Notes under the pieces: model-generated
The model's database searches: none
Seen by the model: only the letters and a program-made list of their open reading frames with translations
Told to the model about the DNA's origin: nothing
Assembly: GCA_051294375.1 (NCBI GenBank)
Contig: CM119270.1
Coordinates: 17,047,904 to 17,111,903, forward strand
Direction of reading: 5' to 3'
Length of the DNA: 64,000 nt
Source of the DNA: Paraspadella gotoi
Lineage: Eukaryota > Animalia > Chaetognatha
Shown here: positions 1-11,523 of the stretch, piece after piece
Layout: the number at the start of each line of letters is the position of its first letter
Numbering within the stretch: position 1 is the first letter of the stretch
Program-made: the position numbers and the translations under genes

Positions 1-1221
1 GTCTCCGTTATTTGTCATTAAATACAATTACTTGCATTGATATTAAAGTTGATTGTCGATTGCCCTGAGTTTTGTGGCACTATCAGGATCGCTACTTCAG
101 ATTTGAATAGTATTTATATTTTATAGCGTAGTCTATCAATGATTTCTTCATTACGAAAGCGAACTGATTTATTTGCAACTTGCTAAAAATCTGAACGATC
201 AGCTACAAACACTACAGTCATACATGGTAATGTAAAAGAAACTTAAAGATAATAAGAGAAAAATATTTTAGAGGCAGTGGATAGTTCCAAAAGTTCCAAA
301 GCTCGTCAAGACGGTTGCTACTTAAGGTAAATAAATACAATTTTATTATATATATAACTATTTCTTTCAATGACTCTAAATTTACAGTTGATAGATAGAA
401 TGCGTCGAAAAGACATAAATAAAAAACCTTTTGTTTGCGATTTTGATTTGAGTGATGCAGGGAATTAGGAGCGACCCCAAGAGTTTAAAATGTGATTGTA
501 GACAATGTCGAGGTAAAGTTAACAAATATGAGTTTTTTTTTGGTATTCGTGAAGGTTTCGATCTTTTTGGCGCACTTTTTAACATAGCGTTTATTAAAAA
601 GTTTGGGGCTTAGTTACGATGCAAATTTTTTTTACTTACCCATTTTTTAAAAGTAAAATTTAGCCCCGCCTTCTCTCAACGAAAATGTTCAGTTTAGCAA
701 GACAGTTTTATTAGCTTTGTTTTATTAGAAACAATTCAAAATGATCAGTAGGCAACAAAATAACAGTTCAATGTAGTTGGAATAGTTAAGCAAAGACCCG
801 ATTTGTTGAATAGTCGTTCTTTAAATTTGTAATAAAAAATTAATTATTCTATATTAGCGATTATTTACCGAACGGTTTTATTTAAATCTGTAATAAAAAA
901 AAGTAATTCTAATGATAATTTACCTAATCGGGTAATAACATAAAAATAATCCAGAAATGTAAAAATAATACAAAAATCTTATTTGCATATTGCAGTTTTA
1001 TAGTATTTAAATTTGCTAGCTTATTCGGTCTAGTAGAAAGTACTAGGTTAATAATAAACTATATCAATTTACGTACGTATATTTTTTTGCATGTAAACAA
1101 ATTCTTTAAATTAAGCCCCTATCACTTTAGTTTAGGTTTGACCTGAAACTGAATCGACCGACAAAGATTAGAGACATGGATTACAGGGAACAGCAGAGGC
1201 CCTTGGCCCAAATAATGAGAT

Positions 1222-3293
1222 TTACAGTGATTCGAGGCAATACACGGTCCTCTTTGTCAACCATTTCCCGCTCGGTCGAAAACTTTGAGTTTTAGCGTCG
1301 AACTTTTGTTCAATCTTTCGGCCTCGATCTTCTTTGTACAGTCGACAGTTGGCGCTCAGTCCTAGAATGCAAACAAAAGGTTCACTTGGCCGTTAGTTTT
1401 TGAACGTCTTCATTTTTCTAAACAATGAAAAATTCAAAATTTTACTTTTATCGCGACTTTTTGAGATTTTCTCATGCTTGTGCACATTTTAATGGTAAAT
1501 TGCTGCTTGCCATAAACAGGTACAACTTTAAATTGCGACCATGATATAATGAGAATTCTAAGTTTTAAAATATACATGTCATATGAATTTTTTAAAAAAA
1601 AATCGAAATCGATTCTGTTTTGTTGCGCCAATAACGATCGCTTGCAAGACACAAGCACTTGCTTTCCCATTTACTCTTCCTTTATTAATAATAAATTGAA
1701 TCCCCCGCTCGCCTGGAAAATATCGCCTGAGTGCGGAAAGCGGAACTCGTCCCTGCGTTGGTCCCTTCTTCTCGTCGATGGGAACCCACTCCGAGTCCCC
1801 GCTCTCTCCGTTGTCCTCGTTCACCCACCGAACCTGAACTGTACAGAGCGACAGAGATGTGATTGTGGTTTAGGATAATATAAGTTATAATATATTGTAA
1901 CCTTAGTTATATTATATTATAACCTTAGTCCCCCCAAAAAAAATTACCCATTCCACCCCTTTCTGTTCAGCCTTTTAGATATTATGAGGTTCTCATTAAT
2001 GATTTTTAATATAACCTTGGGTTGTATAGATGCTCCCTCTATCACCAGAAGACAACACCAACAACCCTCTCCCATTAATAATATTTTCAGATTTAGATTA
2101 TCGAAAAACAAAATTAGTAAAAAAAAATAATAAAAATAAAAAATATCGAATTTGTAATGGATAATTTTAAATAATATTATAAACTCTTAAACTTAAAACG
2201 GTGAAATAAGTAATTTTGAAATTTTCAAAAGTGGGGAGAGTTGTGTGAGATCCTCCCTCTTTAAATCTGTTTCATTATTGTTCATTTGTGTCGTTTCAAT
2301 TTTGCATTGACTTTTGTTTGACCGAAATTTCGTTTACGGTTGGGAGCTACCCCCTTTTACCACTAAAGCTAAAATTTTAAAAAGGGTTTCAAAATATTTT
2401 TAATTGCATTTTATAATCAAATGTGATCCGAGCTAAGTAGTTAATATTTATGTTTTAAATCATATTAACATTCTTTACATTTACTCATCGTCGAGCAGAT
2501 TTTTGAATTTTAAAATGAGCCTAAATTTCAGATGAAAAAGTCAATCGATTGGGTTTGGATTTACTTATTAAAATAAAATATTCGATTTTGCTCTGTTCAT
2601 TCTTCAAATCATCGTGGGCCTAAGCCATCTTATTTTATGGTAAAATTGAATATTCACCGTTTCGGATCTTTCAGTCGCTGATTATTTTTTCTGTAAAAAA
2701 AATTTTTCGCGAAAAAAAAATTATTTTTTCGAATATTATTCCATTCACCCTTGACCGTAACCAGTAACTACCCCTAACCCTATCCTGAACTACCTTGAAC
2801 CACCCCTAATCTACCTTAACCCTAACCACCTCTAAACGTAACCACCTTAACCCTAACCCTTTCCACCCCTAACCCTAAATATCTCTAACTTTAACCAAAC
2901 TTCTTTTTTTTTTGGTAACATCAAACCATTGTAATAATAGATGTGACTAAAAAAAAACGGACCGGCTCGGTTCCGGTCCGCGAAACAACAATTTTGAAAT
3001 TTATCAGACTTCATTCATGAAATCTCAATTTTTAATTTGTGTGATAGTGATCACTATCATGAGGCATCAATTCTTTATCTTATAAGATTCATAAATTATT
3101 GCAGATCTTAAACTGAAAATCACGAGTAAGCAAAACATTAACAAATTAACACCTTATCAAAGCATACGTGTACGTGCAATTACGATCCTCGGTACTTACT
3201 TCTCGTCTTCCCTTGATCCTCCTTGAGTTTCATCTTCGAATTGTCGTCAGAATCGCTGCTCGAGTAAAGATCGTCTTTACCGCAATTCGCCAT
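1222..3293 (-). CDS. Small (119 aa) stand-alone TDP-43 N-terminal-domain-like (ubiquitin/DIX-like fold) protein, copy 1; exons 3293-3200, 1838-1713, 1361-1222
   Basis: Spliced translation MANCGKDDLYSSSDSDDNSKMKLKEDQGKTRIQVRWVNEDNGESGDSEWVPIDEKKGPTQGRVPLSALRRYFPGLSANCRLYKEDRGRKIEQKFDAKTQSFRPSGKWLTKRTVYCLESL*. Exon phases are consistent (1,1). The pattern resembles TDP-43 residues 1-80 ([26 protein letters not shown]..VY). The second intron requires a GC donor (CAG|GCGAG). Confidence 0.6.
2745..2900. repeat. Degenerate (CCCTAA)n telomere-like interstitial tract; similar tracts at about 12720-12860 and, reversed, 28400-28560
   Basis: Runs of ccctaa/ccttaa and ttaggg/ttaagg variants. Confidence 0.6.
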
Positions 3294-3394
3294 TTTTGTT
3301 TATCTTGTTCAATCGGGGATAGACCCGCATAGAACGTTCGTTGATTGAGTTAAAGAGAAAGTACGAGCCAATTTCTACGCTTGTGTTTCGATCC

Positions 3395-3445
<51 letters not shown>

Positions 3446-4128
3446 GCGCCCTCTTCTTTCCTATCTGACGTCTACCTCGCCTCTTCCTCCTCCAACACCC
3501 CCCCCTAATCGCTTCAGGGGCGCCTTGGCTCATTGCTTAGGGGCGCCGTCAAAATCCCCGTCGATTTTTCACGAAGTCGGCGTCGCTGTCGTCGGGCTAA
3601 CAAAGATTTCCTCTGAGTTCGGGCCTTTTTTCGAACTCGGATTCGATCCGCTCTTCGTTGTGAGAGACTGTGATAACCAATGTCGTTAAAATGATATGGT
3701 TTTCTTTCTTTACCATCGATCATTTGGGGGAAACGAGCTCTTTGATCAACGGGATGATTGCTTATAACCGATTTGTGGGGTTGAAATGAGCCTAATATAC
3801 AAAAATCGATATCAAAGCCACAAGAAATATACAAAACTGCTTTATTCCATATAAAAAGTCATCTAAAAGTGGACGTTAAGAAAAATAACGGCTAACCCAA
3901 TGAGATTAAGCTTTGTACTCAGTTTTCCGTAAATGAAAACATTTTCAATATTCTATGATTAAGTACATTGCGTTTTGAGAAAAGAGAAAATTCTCATTTG
4001 CACTACGTCTGGTAATTAATTAGTAATAGAAGAAAAAGAAACTTTCAAGAAATCACACACAAGCGAATAATTATTATATGCCCGAAGCAAAATAAGAACC
4101 ATTTTCAAACTGTAAAAAAAAAAAGAAA

Positions 4129-6224
4129 TTAAGTCTCCACCTCCGCTTCCCGATCTAACATCCATTTGGCGTCCGTCAATCTGGGCCTCATCCACCTGGC
4201 CACGGTCTTCCAAATCCCCAACCCCCTGACCCCTTTGAGCTTCGTCCCCTTCTGCACCTCCATCTCGTCGCTGGCTTCGAGGTCCACTCGACTCGCGTAG
4301 ACGGTCATGATCTTGTTGGCGATGAATTTGTCTACGTTGGCGTGGAGCAGGGCCAGCGTCAGTCGGATATCGTCCACGTCGCGCGCCACGAAACGTTCCT
4401 CCTACGGAGTTTTTGTTGTTGTTCAAAGGGAAATTTTGATCGCAATGCGTTTTTCTATTGCGCTATTCAAAGACCAAACCACGGTGCCACCCCTTCCATA
4501 ATTCGAATTTAAGGTCCCTGGTCTACCCCAGTCCTCACCTTTCTCAACTCGACGGCGTCCTCGCCATTCTCGTCCACTCTTCTCGTCGCGGCGCCCTCTT
4601 CCACTCTCGCGGTGCACATGTGTTTGACGAAGTCGTTGAACTGATCCAAACCCGTTGGGGGAACCAGACGACGGGCGCGTTTGAGGTCCTCGTAGAATCC
4701 CCGGCGCCAGTAGCGGCGGTATCTGATTATGCAATATTGGGATATTTTTTAAAAAAACTATTTTTTTTCTTAGTTCATTATCTGGTTGTGATTATCGATT
4801 AAATTACTTACTTAATTTTTACCAAGTACACGTATAAAATTAATAGGAAAATACAATTATACATTTAATAAATCAAGTACGAACTACTACAACAGCCAAT
4901 TTCTTTCCCACCCCTCCCCCCCACGATTCCAGTCCCTCCCTCCCCCGGTCCCCTCTCTTGCTCACCGTCTCCAGGAGACGATCGGAATCAACAGAGTGAC
5001 GACGACGTCGACGACGACGAAGACGACGCTCATCCCGTTGTTGGGGAAGATGCACGTGACGTGAGTGGCGTTCAAGGATTTCTTCAAGTCGCCCGGCAGA
5101 GGGCAGTCGAGCCGCAGGGGAAAGGGAAAGGAGAAGAAGACGAAGACGGCGAGAATCCCCAGCTGCAGCAGCACCACGCCCGACTTGATGATCACGTGAC
5201 ACAGGTTGTAATGATCGACGAGTTCGTATCCCTCGAGACATTTGAGGCGTTGACCGACGAAGAGCGCCATCTTGGCGTAGAGGCGTTTTTTGAGGGAGGT
5301 TTGGATGCTTTGGGGGGGGGGGTTGGGTAGGTGGGGAAACAAGGAGGGAGAAGGGGGGAAAAATGAGTGGTAAATGTTGATATTAGTTTGGCAGATTTTA
5401 GGAAGTTTCTAGTTTGACTTTGTCTAATTAACCAATCAACCAATCAGCTTTTATCAATCAATCAATCAATCTCCCTCCATTCACCTTTTAGCGTAATTAT
5501 CCTCGTCTTCTGAATCGTCGTCCGGATCAGTCTCTTCTTCTTCCTCCCCTCCTCCTCCTCCTCCTCCTCCGGGTTTGCTCTTGACCTCCTCAAACATCCC
5601 GGATGTAAGAAGAGCCATGTCTTGCGCCTCGTTGAGGATCGGCTGAACGATGTGGCGCGTCTTAGTCGCGTAGGCGAGGTAGGGGGCGAAGGAGAGGAGG
5701 GCCTCGACGATGAGGGCGTAAGGGAGGAAGGTGAATAGGAAGACGCGGGTCGGACGGGGAGTTGGGGATGGGTCATCCTCGAGATCTTCTTCAAGGGGAG
5801 AGTAACTGTGGTGAAGGGGACATTAAAAATTTTTTTAAAGGGTAAATTGATTAATTTTCTTTATATCAGACATAAATTAAAAATAACTGTAGGTTAAATG
5901 TGTAAATCTTAACATAAAAATATTGATAATGAATTAATAATGAACAAAAAAAGAAACTCACGTTGCCCTACACCGACAAAAAGCGTTGACGAATTCCGCC
6001 GTCAGTTCTTCCGTCTTCTCCGATTCTCCGCCGTACCCGACTGCGCCCGGTCTGTAGCAGACGATAGGAGCCGAAAACGAGGCTCCGATCAAAATGGCGG
6101 CGAATAGTAGACGGAGATAGACGCCGATTTTGCGAAAGAGACGATCGGAAGGGAAGTCAATTTCCAATTCTTCCCCACCGGTCAAAGCGGAGAAGAAAGA
6201 TTCTACGTTCATGAGGGAAGCCAT
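4129..6224 (-). CDS. Pannexin/innexin-family large-pore channel, copy 1; exons 6224-5962, 5805-5485, 5307-4966, 4722-4539, 4401-4129
   Basis: EIDFPSDRLFRKIGVYLRLLFAAILIG..IVCYRP..EFVNAFC (TM1 plus EL1 Cys pair); FLFTFLPYALIVEALLSFAPY (TM2); LDCPL..VTCIFPNNG (EL2 Cys pair); DDIRLTLALLHANV. All introns are GT-AG and in phase. Similar to PANX1 LELAVDKMVT..ISCF..FVDSYC..FFPY..NDLSLY. Confidence 0.85.
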
Positions 6225-7447
6225 GGTGTTGGATGAGTTTAAAGAGGGAAAAGGGATAAAGGGAGAGGAAAAGGAAAGAAGGAAAAATAGTGAATAAAAA
6301 GAGAAGGATTAGAAAATAGGAAGAGAAGTTGGAAAAAGGGAAGCAGGAAGAGTTAAAGAGAAAAAAATGTAAAATATAGTAATTGAGAATGTATTAATGA
6401 ATAAAGGAGAGAGAGAAAGAAAAAGGAATTGGGAGAAAGAAGGTTATCGTCCAGTAGCAAAACTTTTCTGGCGTTTGTGGTGAAGATAGAGTTTCGTTGT
6501 TATTATATTTGCAAATGTCATTGAAAAAATAATATAAAGATGTGCTGATAGAGAGAGAGACGCAGCCTATTTCCGGAAAACCGGCGCCGTCAAGTAAGTG
6601 GGAGTGGTTGACGCTGCAGAATTCTTGTTTTGTTTGGATTTCAAGGAAAGAAAGTGTTAAAGAGAATGAGAGAAAGAGTGAGTAGAGATAGAGAGAAGAA
6701 TCCTGTAAAAGCAGAGAACGCCAGCAGCGCCGCCCAACGTCGACGCAGGAAGTGACGCCGCAATTTTTTTTTTTTTTTTAGCGTTTGGTGGAAGGAAGGG
6801 AGGAAGAAGAGAAATGGAGTTGTTGGTAGAAAGATTTAGGGAGAGTCAGAAATGTATGGATTTGTACATTGAGCAAATTTATATCAATTAATATATTTAT
6901 TTCAAGTTTTATTAAAGTTTTAAGAAAAAGAAAAAGGAGAAGTAATGAATAATAATAAAGTTTTAAAAATTAAGTATTTAGTTATTATAATTTTAAAGCT
7001 AATATTATCTTTTTATAATAATATATTAATTATTAAAAAGAGTTCTGGTACAGAATATAACTAATTTATATATTTTGGCTAAATAAGAATAATATTAAAT
7101 ATTATAATAAAATAATTTAAAAAGAAAATTATTAATATTAATTATTTTACAATGCCTAATTTTTTGACATGGTCCCTTTCTGTGTCTCTCGTTTCTCTCT
7201 CTCACTCTTGCTCTCCAATTTTGGAGTTGGAGGAATTTCTGGCTCGTCAGTCATCGCAGCTTTCTCCGCTGCCAACGACGCAGCCTCCGCTGCTGCCGCC
7301 ATGTTTGTCGCTCGAGCAGCAGCGAAGATATTTTCTCTCGTCGTCGTCGTCGCTCATCGATCTCCGCGGCCCGGCGTCGTGATGCAAGAATCTCTATCGG
7401 GTCCTTGTTTCTCTTTAACTGTCCACGCCCAATTGAAACCACCCACG

Positions 7448-7496
<49 letters not shown>

Positions 7497-8191
7497 GCTC
7501 TTTCTCATGCGCGCGCCGGGCTGCGGCTGCACGCGACGGAGCCACGACCCGCGCATGCTGCATGCGCGGGCGTGCGGGGCCCCGTCCCCCTACGCATGAG
7601 GGAATATTTGTACATATTTAATGATCATGGGTTTTTTAAAGCTTAATGACGATTTAACGGGGGAGTGAGGGAGAACAAGAAAGGTCAATAAAAGGTCAGG
7701 TGGGTCGTCAAAGAATTAAACGACTTGGAAAACAAAGTCTCGTCCGTCAAGGGCTTTTAAATTGAAGGGAACGAAAAAAACAATTGAACATCTTCATCTT
7801 CGACAAAAGATGTCGAAAACTAGTTGACTTCAATTAGCCACTTGAAAGCTTTTCTTTTCATTTTTTGATTGAGGTTTTAGTTTTATTAACGATGTTTGTT
7901 TTATTTCATATAAGTACAAGAAATGAGCAGAAACGAATGTAACAATAACATTTTATACAAAAGTTCTTTTGCCATCTCCGGTTGAAGCTAACACTTGGTT
8001 TTTGTTAGAAACTTAGAATCAATTGTTTCTATCAACTATCTCTGTCCTCGTCGAGAGGTGTGGAGAGGGGATGTTCTATCACCGAAGTATAAAAAAAAGG
8101 ATGGCATTTCTTTCTTTTATCGCACTTTCTCGCGAAATCAGGAAGACAGGAAACAGAGAGAGAGAGAGAGAGTGTGAGTGAGTGAGTGAGT

Positions 8192-8231
<40 letters not shown>

Positions 8232-8265
8232 AAGAAAGAAAAATATAAGGAAAGAAAGAAAGAAC

Positions 8266-8924
8266 TCATCGTCCACGATTAACTCTAGGCGGCGGTGGTC
8301 TTGGTGGTCGATCCCTTCTCCTCATCTCCAGATAGTAGCACTTGTCTTTTCTCGTTTGCCACATATAATTCATTTTCGCGTTGGCCACAAAGCGGCGCTG
8401 CTGTTCGTCTAGAGGCACTGAGACGAGACGGGACGAACAAGTGAACAGCTCTAATTCCTTTCCGCGAGCCTCTGCGTGTAAACGAAGTCGAATGAATTTA
8501 TCAGGAGCTCAGATTCGAATTATTTTCGTTTAACCTCTAACATTGACATTAATGCATTCTTTGTTTATGTATAAATATCCAAAATAATAAAACAATACCC
8601 GGGAATGCTTTGACGATCTCCTCCACGAGTAACTCTCCGTCTTCCGTGAGTTTCACTTGTTCCATTTCGTCGCAGCCGCTCTCTTCGTCCATCACTTTGA
8701 TCCAAACTTAAAATTAGGCAAAATTTTCTTTTCATTTTAGAGTTTCAGTTATGTAGCTTTACTTGCAGTTACAACCTTCTTAGATAAAAATTGTAACACG
8801 ATTACCCGATCCTTGACCCACCTCAGTCCCAGCCTAAAGAGGCCTTACCCTGTTCCTTCTCCGTGTCTTCCCACAATGTCGGGGATTTTCTCTGTCGAAT
8901 GCAAAAAGTCAAAATCCTTGCCAT
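8266..8924 (-). CDS. Small stand-alone TDP-43 N-terminal-domain-like protein, copy 2; exons 8924-8849 (tentative), 8706-8599, 8471-8266
   Basis: VWIKVMDEESGCDEMEQVKLTEDGELLVEEIVKAFP|EARGKELELFTCSSRLVSVPLDEQQRRFVANAKMNYMWQTRKDKCYYLEMRRRDRPPRPPPPRVNRGR*. Close in pattern to TDP-43 [34 protein letters not shown]. It has the same two phase-1 intron positions as copy 1. Not in the supplied ORF track. Confidence 0.6.
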
Positions 8925-9994
8925 TTTGTTTTTTTTTATATTTTCGTTATCGTTTTATTTTTAAACGATGCGACATTCGAGTCAAAATGACTTAGGATTT
9001 TCTTTTGTTTTTGTTTTTTTTTGTTTTGTTGGTTTTTTTTTGGTCTCTTTAGAAAATTATTCTTTAAATCACTGGAGCCTTTGACGCCGATTCATTCCCT
9101 CCTTCAGTCGCGACGCCCGCATCTGACGAAGGAGTTGGGTGGAAGAAGGATCGATGTTGGAGGAATTAACGAGTCGTGATTGGCGGTAATATGATAAACG
9201 GTGAGGGAGGAGAAAGAAAAAAGATACATAATTTGGATATTCTAATCCTTATTATTGATCACGCATTAGAGCCAAATTTATCATGAGAAAGAATAGAAAT
9301 GTTGAAACTGAGCGCCAGAAGTCAGAAGCTAAACGTGACTGAACTACAATATTCAAATTAGATTATCGTATTCGCTAGTGATTATGAATAAGGCGTCGTT
9401 TGCCTACGTAAATAGTAACTTTTATCGATGACTGAAGATTACCTAATATTTGTAAGGTTATAAATATAAAAAATAATTATTTAATTATTAATGATGGATC
9501 ATCAAGGAATTTTACCATTTGAGAATACGATTTTTAACTTTTCAGTTACGTTACAATGAACTAACATCAAATATAAACATACTTCCACAAGAATATGCAA
9601 TTATCTATCAAATATAAATGTTTAAACATATGTAGATATGCACCAGAAGCAAAATTGACGTCTTATAGGTAATAATGTATTTTATTTCCATGATACGTCG
9701 TTACATATTTTTTAGCTGAATAGAGTGCCGATCTGCTTTTGTCTTTTTTCTCCCCTTTTCTCTCTCTCACACACTCTCTGATGCTTAGGGATCCTATGAG
9801 AATGTCGCATACTCTTTCTTCAAAAATATATCTTAAATCTGCCTTAAAACCTTAAAATAATTTAACCAATGATATTTTTAACAAAATATTTATTATAAAA
9901 CAGTTCAAATCAAAAGTAAAAAACTAAGTACAATACCTAAACAGTGAATTATCGCTTTCTTTGATAAAGTTTGTATATTATATAATCATTTTCT

Positions 9995-11523
9995 TCAGAT
10001 CAAACTATTTGACTTTTTTTTAAAATATGGGAATTCGGGGATGTATGGCTTTAATCTTGGCAGGATACACCGGTACATTGGTGCTGATGCGCAGGCATGT
10101 TTTGCTTTGAAGTCACTCTTTCCAAACTGATGAGCTTTTATGTCTACAGCTTCCCAATCAATACGCCCAGCATAAATTGTTAAAATCTTATTCACAATGA
10201 ATTTATCTACATTAGAATGAAGCAGTCCTAAAGTAAGTCTTACATCATCAACTGGGGATGCACATAGAAGCTCAATAAATTTCTTAAATTGTGGAGCCCG
10301 ATTGCGTGAGACTAAACGGCGAGCTCGTTGTAAGTTATGGTTGAACTCTATATTCCAATAATTACGGTATTGGCGGTAGGAAACCAGTGGGAGAAAAATT
10401 AAAAGAAATGCATCAAGAATTGCCATCCCTATAAACATGCCTTGATTGGGAAATACACAGTTTGAAGACTTAAACTCCAAAGTCTCGTGCATAGACGGTG
10501 GCAGGTGGCAGGATAATTCACGTGGAAAAGGGATAGAGAAGAAGAAGTAAGTCGTTAGGAGAAGACCCTAAAAGTATAAAAATAATTTTATTAGATGAAC
10601 AAATAAATTTTATTTTGTTGATTTTAAAAATTATAATTTTCATTACGTCTATTTTAAATAATATTTTAAATACAGTTTATTTTAACATTAAATTTTTTCT
10701 TACCTGCATTATTACAATTCCAAGTTTAATAACAATGTGGGCAAAATGATAAGCATCTACCAGTTCATCACCACGGACACCTTCTAAACGTTGGCCAATA
10801 AAAAGAGCCATTTTTGCATAAAGACGCTTTTTTAAATTAACTTGGATACTTTGTGCGTATGTACGGTCATCATCTTCATCATCATCAGGGTCAATGCTTC
10901 CTTTTTCAATTGGTTGGTCCTTTTGGTGAGTTCCTGCCCATAGCATAAATTAGCATAATTAAGTTAAATTTTATATTATTTAAAATTAAAACAAGGTATC
11001 AATTAGCATACCTTCAAACAATCCAGATGTAAAAATTACCATATCTTGAGCCTCATTCAAAATAGGAAAAATTATAGCTTTTGTATATCCAGAATAGATG
11101 AGGTAAGGTATAAAAGATAAAAAAGCTTCCACAAATAATAAATAAGGTAGCCATTGAAACAGATAAATTTTTTCTTCTGAAGATGATAACAGTATATTGC
11201 TATCGGTTTGGTTTAGGCTGAAACAAAAGTAAATTAATAAATATTTTAAATTTTTTTCCCAAAATTTTATATTACCTGATTGGATGCTTTAATAGACTGA
11301 TACAATAAGCATTTACAAACTCATTCTTTCCATTTTCATTTCCAGGTGAAAAACAAGTTGCAGGATTTTGGATAGCTGCACCAATTAAAATAGCCCCCAT
11401 AAGGCATCGCAAATAAACACCAATTTTGCGAAATAAACGATCAAAAGAAAAATCTATTTCTGGTTCATTGTTAGCTCCAACCAAAGAAGAAAAAAATCCT
11501 TCTACACTGAGAGCTGAAGCCAT
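9995..11523 (-). CDS. Pannexin/innexin-family large-pore channel, copy 2; exons 11523-11276, 11217-11012, 10933-10704, 10567-9995
   Basis: EIDFSFDRLFRKIGVYLR..ATCFSP..EFVNAYC; YLFQWLPY (compare innexin YYQWVP); LSCHL..NCVFPNQG; DDVRLTLGLLHSNVDKF. Clearly paralogous to 4129-6224 (shared LKKRLYAKMALF.GQRL). Introns are GT-AG and in phase. Confidence 0.85.

Noticed and set aside
2745-2900. True telomere or chromosome-fusion site
   Set aside because: Repeats are short, highly degenerate and dispersed at several places; more likely transposon-associated simple repeats.
4660-4705. Suspected frameshifts in pannexin copy 1 exon 4
   Set aside because: Careful reading of the C/G runs gives a continuous frame (YWRRGFYEDLKRARRLVPPTGLDQF); it is absent from the ORF track only for lack of a start codon.
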